NCBI GenBank assembly: GCA_965661855.1
Contig: CBFIFL010000003.1
Location: 4,614 to 68,613, forward strand
Length of the DNA: 64,000 nt
Direction: 5' to 3'
Origin: Flavobacteriales bacterium
GTDB lineage: Bacteria; Bacteroidota; Bacteroidia; Flavobacteriales_C; CBFIFL01
The notes beneath the pieces are model-generated. The model ran no database searches. It saw nothing but the letters and a program-made list of their open reading frames with translations, and had not been told where the DNA came from. Below are positions 10,817 through 19,373 of the stretch, piece after piece (the first letter of the stretch is position 1; the number at the start of each line of letters is the position of its first letter). The position numbers and the translations under genes are program-made.

Positions 10817-11415
10817 TGAAAGGATTGTTTTCTACAGCTTATTTTGGACCTGTTTCTTATTATCAAAAGCTTTTTCTGTCAGCAGATAAAAGACTTTTGG
10901 AGATAAACGAGTTTTTCGAAAAGCAATCATATAGAAATCGAGCGGTAATTCTAGGTGCTAATGGAAGGATGAACTTGATCATTCCGTTGGAAAAGCAAAT
11001 TCGAAATACCTTGATAAAAGATAGACGAATTGATCACCGAGAATCATGGCAATCTCAACATTTAAAAGGAATTATTTCAGCTTATAGATCGTCTCCATAT
11101 TTTGAGTTTTATGAAGAGGATTTTATGAAGCTTTTCGAAAAGAAAGACGAGTTCTTGCTTGATTTTAATTTAAGGTGTCATGATTTTATTGCGAGTGAAT
11201 TAGAGGAAGATTTATTTTTTGAAAAGACTACGGCTTTTGTAGAAGATTTTGATGGAGAAGTTTTCAAGAATACGATTCATCCAAAGAAAGAGTCTTTGTT
11301 GGAAGAAGTTCCTTATTATCAGGTGTTTGAAGAGAAACATGGTTTCCAATCCGATTTATCCATTTTAGATTTGTTATTTAGTCAAGGTCCGAATGCTATC
11401 AGTTATTTATATTAG
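10816..11415 (+). CDS. WbqC-family protein.
   Basis: N-terminus ...YFGPVSYYQKLF... is typical of WbqC-like proteins. TAATG-coupled to lepB. Confidence 0.6.
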   Translation: MKGLFSTAYFGPVSYYQKLFLSADKRLLEINEFFEKQSYRNRAVILGANGRMNLIIPLEKQIRNTLIKDRRIDHRESWQSQHLKGIISAYRSSPYFEFYEEDFMKLFEKKDEFLLDFNLRCHDFIASELEEDLFFEKTTAFVEDFDGEVFKNTIHPKKESLLEEVPYYQVFEEKHGFQSDLSILDLLFSQGPNAISYLY

Positions 11416-11522
11416 TGGATAGTGCATAGTGTGTGGGGTAAAGGGGACAAATTGCTTAAATAAAAGACCTTGTTTCCCAGATCTTTTTCCTAATCACTAA
11501 TCCCTACCTACTAAGCACTAAT
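11412..11522. repeat. Second copy of the inverted (TAGTG)n...(CACTAA)n element, upstream of accC.
   Basis: ttagtggatagtgcatagtgtgtgg ... ~50 nt ... cctaatcactaatccctacctactaagcactaat. Confidence 0.5.
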
Positions 11523-11528
11523 AAAAAG

Positions 11529-11536
11529 TATATTTG
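11529..11536 (+). promoter_or_regulatory. Candidate Bacteroidota sigma-A -7 box (TAnnTTTG) for the biotin carboxylase gene.
   Basis: TATATTTG lies 21 nt upstream of the ATG at 11557. It sits immediately downstream of the ACTAAGCACTAA repeat motif. Confidence 0.35.
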
Positions 11537-11556
11537 TGAATCAGAACACTTGATCA

Positions 11557-13035
11557 ATGAAAAAGATATTAATTGCTAATAGAGGAGAGATTGCGTTAAG
11601 AGTAATGCGTTCTGCTCGTGAAATGAATATTAAAACAGTTGCTATTTATTCAGAAGTAGATAGAACTGCACCTCATGTTAAATATGCAGATGAAGCGGTT
11701 TGTGTTGGACCAGCAGCATCATCAGAATCGTATTTAAGAGGAGATAAAATTATAGAAGTTTGTAAGGAACTTAACGTGGATGGAATACACCCAGGTTACG
11801 GTTTTTTAAGTGAAAATGCAGATTTCGCAAGAGCTGTAAGTAAGGCTGGATTAATATTAATTGGTCCGTCACCAGAAGCAATGGAAGTAATGGGAGATAA
11901 GTTAGCAGCAAAAACTGCTGTTAAAGCTTATGATATTCCGATGGTTCCAGGAACTGATGAGGCTATTACTGATGTTCCAGCGGCAAAGAAAATCGCAGAA
12001 GGAATCGGTTTCCCAATTTTGATCAAAGCATCTGCCGGTGGTGGAGGTAAAGGGATGAGAATTGTAGAGAATGCTGGTGAGTTTGAAGAACAAATGGATT
12101 TGGCTGTTTCAGAGGCAACCTCAGCATTTGGAGATGGTTCTGTTTTTATTGAAAAATACGTTGGATCACCAAGACATATTGAAATTCAAGTTTTAGCTGA
12201 TAACCATGGAAATGTGGTTCATTTATTTGAAAGAGAATGTTCTGTTCAAAGAAGACATCAAAAGGTTATTGAGGAAGCTCCTTCAGCTGTATTAACAGAT
12301 GAGATCAGAGAAGAAATGGGTCAATGTGCTGTTCGTGTTGCAAAAGCTTGTGACTATAGAGGAGCAGGTACTGTTGAGTTCTTATTGGATGAAGAAAAGA
12401 ATTTCTATTTCTTAGAGATGAACACGCGTTTACAAGTAGAACATCCTGTAACAGAAATGATCACAGGAGTTGATTTAGTGAAAGAGCAAATCAATGTTGC
12501 AAGAGGTGAGGAATTAAGCTTCAAACAAGAAGATTTAAAGATCAACGGACATGCAATGGAAGTTAGAGTTTACGCAGAGGATGCGAAAAACAACTTCTTA
12601 CCAGATATCGGAACACTTCAAACCTATTCAATTCCGAAAGGAAATGGTGTTAGAGTGGATGATGGATTAGAGCAAGGAATGGAGATTCCAATCTATTATG
12701 ATCCAATGATTGCTAAGCTAATTACTCACGGAGATACTCGTGAGGAAGCAATGGATCGAATGATTAGAGCTTGTGATGAATATGTGATTTCAGGATTAGA
12801 AACTACGCTTCCATTTGGAAAGTATGTTATGGAGCATGAAGCCTTCCGTTCAGGTAATTTCGATACTCACTTTGTTAAGAAGCATTTTGATGCTGATAAA
12901 TTAACAAACATGTCTGAGAAAGAAGCAGAAGTAGCAGCAATGGTTTTAGGTGGATTACTTAAAGAAAAATCAGAAGAAATTGTAGTTGCTAACAGTGATA
13001 TGGATTCAAACTGGCAGCAGAATAGAATGTTATAA
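11557..13035 (+). CDS. accC: Biotin carboxylase subunit of acetyl-/propionyl-CoA carboxylase (ATP-grasp).
   Basis: MKKILIANRGEIALRV..., ...GGGGKGMRIV..., ...EMNTRLQVEHPVTE... Confidence 0.85.
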   Translation: MKKILIANRGEIALRVMRSAREMNIKTVAIYSEVDRTAPHVKYADEAVCVGPAASSESYLRGDKIIEVCKELNVDGIHPGYGFLSENADFARAVSKAGLILIGPSPEAMEVMGDKLAAKTAVKAYDIPMVPGTDEAITDVPAAKKIAEGIGFPILIKASAGGGGKGMRIVENAGEFEEQMDLAVSEATSAFGDGSVFIEKYVGSPRHIEIQVLADNHGNVVHLFERECSVQRRHQKVIEEAPSAVLTDEIREEMGQCAVRVAKACDYRGAGTVEFLLDEEKNFYFLEMNTRLQVEHPVTEMITGVDLVKEQINVARGEELSFKQEDLKINGHAMEVRVYAEDAKNNFLPDIGTLQTYSIPKGNGVRVDDGLEQGMEIPIYYDPMIAKLITHGDTREEAMDRMIRACDEYVISGLETTLPFGKYVMEHEAFRSGNFDTHFVKKHFDADKLTNMSEKEAEVAAMVLGGLLKEKSEEIVVANSDMDSNWQQNRML

Positions 13036-13059
13036 TAGACTTTAAATAGTTGTAATAGT

Positions 13060-13092
13060 AAAAGCGCATCTTTTTTAGGTGCGTTTTTTTTG
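13060..13092 (+). terminator. Probable intrinsic terminator of accC.
   Basis: AAAAGCGCA-tcttttttagg-TGCGTTTTT: 9-bp stem including one G·U, followed by a U-run. Confidence 0.4.
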
Positions 13093-13300
13093 TGGTTATA
13101 TGGGAGGTTGAGGTTTAATAGATCCAAGATGCGGATCAAATGAAGGGGGATGGTTGGGCTACCATTATGTAAACCGCGATGTGGTTTGTACAACTCTTGT
13201 TAATTTACGGTACGCGTTAAATATTAAAACAAATCTGTGGAACCTGTGAAATCTGTGGACAAAAAAATAACCCAGTTTAATTGAGTAAAGGTTGGTTAGG

Positions 13301-13376
13301 AGTATTAATTGTTCGGGTGACCGCAAGGGTAGCCCCTACCATGATTGTAACATCACCGTAGGGGCTACCCTTGCGG
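13301..13376 (+). repeat. Long near-perfect inverted repeat: 29-bp arms, 18-nt loop, single T/C difference giving a U·G pair on the + strand.
   Basis: GTTCGGGTGACCGCAAGGGTAGCCCCTAC ... GTAGGGGCTACCCTTGCGGTCGCCCGAAC. The region is GC-rich relative to its surroundings and has no adjacent U-run. Confidence 0.6.
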
Positions 13377-13555
13377 TCGCCCGAACCAAACAACGAAAAT
13401 CTCCGATTTTCCCTCCGTGATATCCAATTGAAATAATTAACAGACGAGATTAGTCTATCCTTGTATCCGTGGTTAAACTTTAATGTGATTCGTTGAACTA
13501 AGGTAGTCTCTAAATAACAGACGGATGGTTCGACTCGGCTCACCAAGCGAGTAGT

Positions 13556-14623
13556 CTACCTACTATACTCAAACACAACAGATTTTACTCTCTTTGTATT
13601 TATACCATCGACTTGTTCTTCTATGATCAAATCTTGTGCTGATTGATTACTAAAGACTTCATCCATAGATTTAATAATTCCTGCAGGAACGTTTGCTTCT
13701 ACAAATAACGCATTCCATTCATCAGAAGTTTTTGTCAGGAAAGCTGGAGACAAGGCTGTTTCTAAATCGTTTCGGTTTGATACTCGTGACTGATTAGTAG
13801 CGAATTTAGGTTCCTTAGTAAGTTCTATTAATCCCAAAATATCACAAAGTAGCTTAAACTGTTTATCTGTGCCAACAGCCAGTACCATATGCTTTCCATC
13901 TTTACATTTGAAATATTCTCCATAGGGAGCAATGTTAGGATGTATACTTCCTTTACGAGAAGGAATGGAATCTCCCATTAGATAGTTCGTTGCTTGATTT
14001 GCTAAAGAGGCAATTCCAGAGTTGATTAAAGAAGCTTCAATTAATCCTCCTTTACCAGTTTTCTCCCGTTCTAATAAAGCACAAAGAATACCTTCCTTTA
14101 TTTGATGAGCGGCCAAGACATCCATAAGCGCAACAGGCATTTTTGTTGCAGGACCTTCACTTTGTCCGTTCATGTGCATAAAACCTGCTTCAGCTTGAAT
14201 AACAACGTCAAAAGCAGCTCTTGGAATATCAGAACCATAACCACTTAAATGAGCATATATTAACTTTGGATTCTCTTCTTTCAAGGATTTATATGCAAGG
14301 TTGAACTTTTCAGCATCACCGTATTTGAAGTTAGATATGAGTATATCGCTTTCAGCAATCCACTGTCTAACTTTTTTATTGTCATCAGGATCTTTAAGGT
14401 TTAAAAAATGGACTTCCTTACCCCAGTTTACAGAACAGTAATATCCGGAAATATTAGCTTCTTTATCTTCCTTAGGAAGCTTCCATTTTCTGGTCATGTC
14501 ACCAGATGGATGTTCTACTTTTTTGACCTCACAACCTAATTCAGCAAAGAACATTCCTACCGATGGTCCAGCTAAAACAGAGGCTAACTCAACAATCTTA
14601 AGATCCTGAAAAAAGCTAAACAT
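13556..14623 (-). CDS. Family III CoA-transferase (CaiB/BaiF/Frc-like).
   Basis: N-terminus ...LKIVELASVLAGPSVGMFFAELGCEVKKVE... and a family-III fold. 355 aa. Confidence 0.7.
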   Translation of the reverse strand: MFSFFQDLKIVELASVLAGPSVGMFFAELGCEVKKVEHPSGDMTRKWKLPKEDKEANISGYYCSVNWGKEVHFLNLKDPDDNKKVRQWIAESDILISNFKYGDAEKFNLAYKSLKEENPKLIYAHLSGYGSDIPRAAFDVVIQAEAGFMHMNGQSEGPATKMPVALMDVLAAHQIKEGILCALLEREKTGKGGLIEASLINSGIASLANQATNYLMGDSIPSRKGSIHPNIAPYGEYFKCKDGKHMVLAVGTDKQFKLLCDILGLIELTKEPKFATNQSRVSNRNDLETALSPAFLTKTSDEWNALFVEANVPAGIIKSMDEVFSNQSAQDLIIEEQVDGINTKRVKSVVFEYSR

Positions 14624-15429
14624 TATACTACTTGATGGATCGTTACTAGCTTTTCTAGAAGAGCTTCTAGATTATCAAGATGCAACATGTTTGCTCCATC
14701 TGATTTTGCGTTTGCAGGATCTGGATGCGTTTCAATAAATATTCCATCTAAACCAGCGGCAACTCCTGCTTTTGCAATAGTTCCAATTAATTCTGGTTGT
14801 CCTCCTGTAACACCCGATGCTTGATTCGGTTGTTGAAGGGAGTGAGTGATGTCTAAAACCACCGGTGCATGATTTCTCATTGCAGGTAAGTTTTTGAAAT
14901 CAACCACCATTTCTTGGTAGCCAAATGAGTTACCTCTTTCAGTAAGCCAAACTTTATTATTTCCAGAATCTTTTACTTTTTTAACGGCATGTTTCATACT
15001 ATCTCCAGAAAGAAATTGTCCTTTCTTGATATTCACAACCTTACCTGTATTCGCAGCAGCTACTAATAAATCTGTTTGTCTACATAAAAATGCAGGGATT
15101 TGCAAAACATCAACGTACTGCGCAGCCATTTCAGCTTCATGGGATTCGTGTATATCCGTAACAGTTGGTACGTCTAACTCTTTTCCAATTTTCTGTAAAA
15201 TTTGTAATGCTTTTTCATCACCAATTCCAGTAAACGAATCTAATCGAGATCTATTTGCCTTTCTATATGAACCTTTGAAAATGAATGGAATTTCAAGTTT
15301 ATCGGTGATGGACTTAATTTTCCTAGCTATTTCAAATGCGATATCTTCTCCTTCTATGGCACAAGGACCAGCTAAAAGAAAGAAGTTTTTATTATTTCCG
15401 TTGACAATGTTTTCTAAAGTAGGATGCAT
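14623..15429 (-). CDS. kdsA: 3-deoxy-8-phosphooctulonate (KDO-8-P) synthase.
   Basis: ...FIFKGSYRKANRS..., ...QIPAFLCRQTDLL..., ...FIETHPDPANAKSDGANML... Confidence 0.9.
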   Translation of the reverse strand: MHPTLENIVNGNNKNFFLLAGPCAIEGEDIAFEIARKIKSITDKLEIPFIFKGSYRKANRSRLDSFTGIGDEKALQILQKIGKELDVPTVTDIHESHEAEMAAQYVDVLQIPAFLCRQTDLLVAAANTGKVVNIKKGQFLSGDSMKHAVKKVKDSGNNKVWLTERGNSFGYQEMVVDFKNLPAMRNHAPVVLDITHSLQQPNQASGVTGGQPELIGTIAKAGVAAGLDGIFIETHPDPANAKSDGANMLHLDNLEALLEKLVTIHQVV

Positions 15430-15430
15430 G

Positions 15431-16615
15431 CTAAATATTCCATTTTAACTGTCCGAAAAAGGTATGACTCAATCCGCTTGGACCAATCAAGCCTTGTATC
15501 GCACGAGCTTGTAAGTTAATGTCAAATTTACTTTGACTAAAGTTAATACCCAAGCCAAAATGTTCGTTTGTAAATCCACCATAACCAATATGGAAAGAAG
15601 GTTTGATTAGCTCATTAACCTTATACACATAATTCAACTGAAGGTGAGGGAAGTAAACAGCATTTAACACCTGATCAAAGCTTATCTGAATTTCAGATTT
15701 AGATACTTTCTTTACATAATACAAGGTAAGTTTAGCCGGTGTTAATCTCATTTGAGATCCCGTTTCTGCATTAGGAATTAAACTGTCTACATCTGTAGTT
15801 AAGTTGAGCATTGAATCACTAGGTGATAGTAGGTTGTTTATTTCTATACCAGTAAATGAGTAGCTACTATCCAATGTGTAATCGAGAGATTGTTTATTGA
15901 ATGAGATAAAGCCTAAGTCATTAATTGATCCACCAATTTGATCACCATTTTTTAATGTCTTTTCATAAAAAAAGTCACCTTTTAATCCTGTCCCATTCCA
16001 TGCTGAAAGATTCGTTTTACTAGTGTCAGATGTCTTCATTGAGCCACTTAGTATAAAATCTAATTGACTAGCATTAGTACTCGTAAATAAAGAAGATTGT
16101 GGACTATCTAAATCAATAAACTGTGAACCTTTAACTATTCCTAAGCTAAATCCAATCTTTTGATTTTCTGTTAAACGATACAGACCAAAGTCAATACTTT
16201 GATAGGCCAAGTAGTTCATTTTAAGTCCATCAAACGAAGCTGTATTATTAGCAAACATTCCGTTTCCATAAAAGACCGTATTAAATAGGTCATCAGAAAA
16301 AGAGCTAGCTACAAACTGTCGGTGGCTAAGTCCGATTGACGGTTTCCAATCATGGTAGATAGAGTCTTTACCAAACCAAGTGGATTTAAGAGAAATATCG
16401 ACTCCAAATCTATTTTTATCAGACAAGTTGGCACGCGTGTTATTTTTCAATTCATTCGTAATAAACTCGCCTTGATAGAAGGCTTTAATAAAATCAGATC
16501 GAATAGCCGAAGAAGACAGATCGATATAAGATTCAATTACAACTTGATGACTTGAGTCGTCTTGAGCTTTAAGTTGGAATCCAATTAAAGCTATAAGTAT
16601 AATTATAAGTTTCAT
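15431..16615 (-). CDS. Hypothetical outer-membrane β-barrel protein: signal peptide, alternating amphipathic strands, C-terminal aromatic residue.
   Basis: MKLIIILIALIGFQLKAQ signal peptide, ends ...QLKWNI. Overlaps the upstream lipoprotein gene by 4 nt. Confidence 0.45.
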   Translation of the reverse strand: MKLIIILIALIGFQLKAQDDSSHQVVIESYIDLSSSAIRSDFIKAFYQGEFITNELKNNTRANLSDKNRFGVDISLKSTWFGKDSIYHDWKPSIGLSHRQFVASSFSDDLFNTVFYGNGMFANNTASFDGLKMNYLAYQSIDFGLYRLTENQKIGFSLGIVKGSQFIDLDSPQSSLFTSTNASQLDFILSGSMKTSDTSKTNLSAWNGTGLKGDFFYEKTLKNGDQIGGSINDLGFISFNKQSLDYTLDSSYSFTGIEINNLLSPSDSMLNLTTDVDSLIPNAETGSQMRLTPAKLTLYYVKKVSKSEIQISFDQVLNAVYFPHLQLNYVYKVNELIKPSFHIGYGGFTNEHFGLGINFSQSKFDINLQARAIQGLIGPSGLSHTFFGQLKWNI

Positions 16616-18765
16616 TGATTGATGATATAGTTGAAGTCAGCAGTTAACTGAAGGTCAATTGAATAATAATCGTAGATTTTTGCAGTCGGATGATCTAATT
16701 GAACCTGAATCAAAAGTTGACTAGCTTCAAATATTTGACTTAAATCAGCAGAAGTAAAAGAGAAGTGAATTTCTGAAGAAGCACTTTGACTCACTTTTCC
16801 ATTCGATCCCAGTACTCCAGAGGCAATAGTTTCGTCAGAAATTAAATCAAGTAAAGGACTTCCTAATTCGTCTAACAAAGTTAAACTACTAACTGCTTCA
16901 ATTGGAAAGCCATTATCAATTAATAGGGTAAAGGTTCCTGATTGAATAGCGGTTTGATTTTCTTGGTTGATTGAGAACTCTGTCGTATCTACCAATGTTA
17001 ATTGGTTAGAAGCGAAATGTAAAGGTATTTCAACATTCATACTTGCAGAAAGTACTCCATCAAAATAAATGAAGTTTGGAGGAGTCGCAACAATATCTGC
17101 AATAGAAGGGTCGGAGGCAATTAAGCTGTTTTGTTCAATCTCAACATTGTAGCTTAGTTGATTAGGTAGATTTTCAATAAATTCTTCAATATTTGAGTTT
17201 GAAGCATCAAGCGTTAAAGAGCTGGTTTCAGTTGTAAATGGTGGAGTACCTCCAGTCAATTGAGCAGGATTCACTAGGAAGCCATTATTTAAATCTGCAC
17301 TAACTAAATCAACTTCTGATCCTGTTGATGAGTTAATTGATTTTAACTGACTTAGTCGCATATTAGCATCAGCTCCAATTTGGTTGTTTACCTCAAGATT
17401 AACGGAAACGTCATTCAGATCAATACTTCCTCCAGTGATGTTAGATAGTAAATCGAAATCAATTATTTCAGGACCAAATTGGACTGTATCCTTACCTAAG
17501 TATCCAATACCATAGTCTCCAATAAGATTTAATATTTTAACCTCAAACCTTAAGCTATCCGATAAAGCAAGAGAAACGATTTGTCCGGTAGAATCAATTC
17601 TACCAGTTAAGTACTGGCAGTATGTATTGACAGTGTCCGTATCGATAATTTCATTACCATTAATATCCATTCCAGCATCTCTTTCAATAGGAGCAAATCC
17701 TCTTAAGTCTAATACGTAGTCATCAAATGGAACTTGGAAAACCGAAATAGAAGCATCACTAGGAGTAGCAGGAGGAATGGTATTGTCCATGTTTAAATGC
17801 ATTCCATCTTTAAGCGCTCCAGGCATTTGTAAATTAAAGAACATTGAGTCTTCAATTGTTGAAATAGCGGTTACTTCTAAAAGCCCGGTTTTAACCCTCA
17901 TAGAAGATAACTTGATTTCACCTAAACCTTTCATAGGACTGTAATCCCATTTGTCAACAATATTTTGTTCTGGGAAAATAGCTGTAGCAGATAAAGGAGT
18001 GATATCTCTAATCGAAATGGTCGGAATTAAAGCATCAGATGTATCAATGGTGATAAATCCACCAGAACCTGGGCTAGACATTTCAACGATTTGGGCTACA
18101 ATATTCCCTTGAATCGTTTGTCCGTGAAGTTCATAGGTAGCAGACACTGATGATCCAGAGGCGATTAAAGGAAAAGTGTCTTGTGCGATGAAGTTAACAG
18201 AACCTTGGTTTTTCAATTGGAAAACAATATTGGTAATGTCCATCGGAAGTTCATTCAGTATATGAAGGTCCATATAACCAGAGTCGATCTCAATAGACTC
18301 AAAGTAAGAGGAAGCATCGATGGTTATTTCTCCAGTAGAAAGAGGTGTAGGGTCACCAAGAGGAGGTATAATTCCAATTCCTCCATTGTTCAAAATGATA
18401 GCATTACCTAAAACTCCTAAATCAGGATTAGAAGCAATTTGTCCCAAGCTAATAGGGTATACAATGGTTTGATCTCCAAGTTCAAGATTCTCAACGCTGG
18501 CAGAATAAGCCATGGTGGTATCTCTAAATTTGATCATTGAATCCAATCCATAATTATAGATTGTATTTCTGAAGACCATGCTAATAGAGCTGTCACCAGC
18601 AATGTTTACGATTGAATCAGAAAGGATGTTTTGAATGCTAAGAGAAGATGATGCAATTGGTGCGAGTGCATTAATTTCCCAAGATGCTTCCTCATAGTTT
18701 GGTCGACAAGAGAAAACAAAAACAGAGCACAGCCAAATGGCTAGCAATAATTTTAAGTACTTCAT
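16612..18765 (-). CDS. Hypothetical large lipoprotein (717 aa), Ser/Thr/Asn/Gly-rich and β-rich.
   Basis: Lipobox-type signal MKYLKLLLAIWLCSVFVFSC. No recognisable catalytic motif. Confidence 0.45.
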   Translation of the reverse strand: MKYLKLLLAIWLCSVFVFSCRPNYEEASWEINALAPIASSSLSIQNILSDSIVNIAGDSSISMVFRNTIYNYGLDSMIKFRDTTMAYSASVENLELGDQTIVYPISLGQIASNPDLGVLGNAIILNNGGIGIIPPLGDPTPLSTGEITIDASSYFESIEIDSGYMDLHILNELPMDITNIVFQLKNQGSVNFIAQDTFPLIASGSSVSATYELHGQTIQGNIVAQIVEMSSPGSGGFITIDTSDALIPTISIRDITPLSATAIFPEQNIVDKWDYSPMKGLGEIKLSSMRVKTGLLEVTAISTIEDSMFFNLQMPGALKDGMHLNMDNTIPPATPSDASISVFQVPFDDYVLDLRGFAPIERDAGMDINGNEIIDTDTVNTYCQYLTGRIDSTGQIVSLALSDSLRFEVKILNLIGDYGIGYLGKDTVQFGPEIIDFDLLSNITGGSIDLNDVSVNLEVNNQIGADANMRLSQLKSINSSTGSEVDLVSADLNNGFLVNPAQLTGGTPPFTTETSSLTLDASNSNIEEFIENLPNQLSYNVEIEQNSLIASDPSIADIVATPPNFIYFDGVLSASMNVEIPLHFASNQLTLVDTTEFSINQENQTAIQSGTFTLLIDNGFPIEAVSSLTLLDELGSPLLDLISDETIASGVLGSNGKVSQSASSEIHFSFTSADLSQIFEASQLLIQVQLDHPTAKIYDYYSIDLQLTADFNYIINQ

Positions 18766-18848
18766 AGTTAGGATAGTTATACTAAATGTACTGATAATTT
18801 CAGACTCTTAATAATGTTTTAATTAACTTAGAACCAACAAGTAGAACT

Positions 18849-19373
18849 ATGGAGACTTTCTTAGAAATATTAAAATTCACGATCCCATCATTGATCACCT
18901 TTGGTGTTGCATTTGTAATCTTAAACAAGTTCATGCAAGATCAACAGGAGAAAAGAATGTTTGAATTAAAGAAGCAACAGCAAGATTATATGACTCCAAT
19001 TAAGCTTCAAGCTTATGAGCGTTTAACCTTGTTTTTGGAGAGAGTAAATCCTACCAATTTGATTCCTAGAATCAACCGAAATGGAATGACGGCTAAGCAG
19101 CTTCACCAAGGTATTCTAAAGAATATTAGATCAGAGTATGAGCATAACTTGGCACAGCAGATATATGTTTCGCCACAGGTATGGGCAATGATAGGAAGAA
19201 GTAAAGAGGAGTTGGTGAAAATGGTAAACGTAGCTTCTTCTAAAGTTGATCCTAACGGACCAGCAATTGATCTAACAAAAGTGCTTTACGAAATTCTGAA
19301 ATCAGCGCAGGGAGCTCCAACTCAGAAGGCGTTGAACGTAATGAAGCAAGAAATTAACAAGCAGTTCAGATAA
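18849..19373 (+). CDS. Hypothetical protein with one N-terminal TM helix, translationally coupled to meaB.
   Basis: Its stop TAA overlaps the meaB ATG (TAATG at 19371-19375). Confidence 0.45.
   Translation: METFLEILKFTIPSLITFGVAFVILNKFMQDQQEKRMFELKKQQQDYMTPIKLQAYERLTLFLERVNPTNLIPRINRNGMTAKQLHQGILKNIRSEYEHNLAQQIYVSPQVWAMIGRSKEELVKMVNVASSKVDPNGPAIDLTKVLYEILKSAQGAPTQKALNVMKQEINKQFR

Noticed and set aside
13277-13546. 89-aa ORF on the minus strand covering the long hairpin.
   Set aside because: The ORF is produced by the palindrome itself (symmetric sequence reads open in both directions). It has odd composition and no start context, so it is treated as non-coding.
13521-13550. GGTTCGACTCGGCTCACCA resembles a tRNA/tmRNA T-arm plus CCA-like 3' end.
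   Set aside because: No complementary T-stem, acceptor stem or D-arm/anticodon arm can be built on either strand, so it is not a tRNA or tmRNA terminus.
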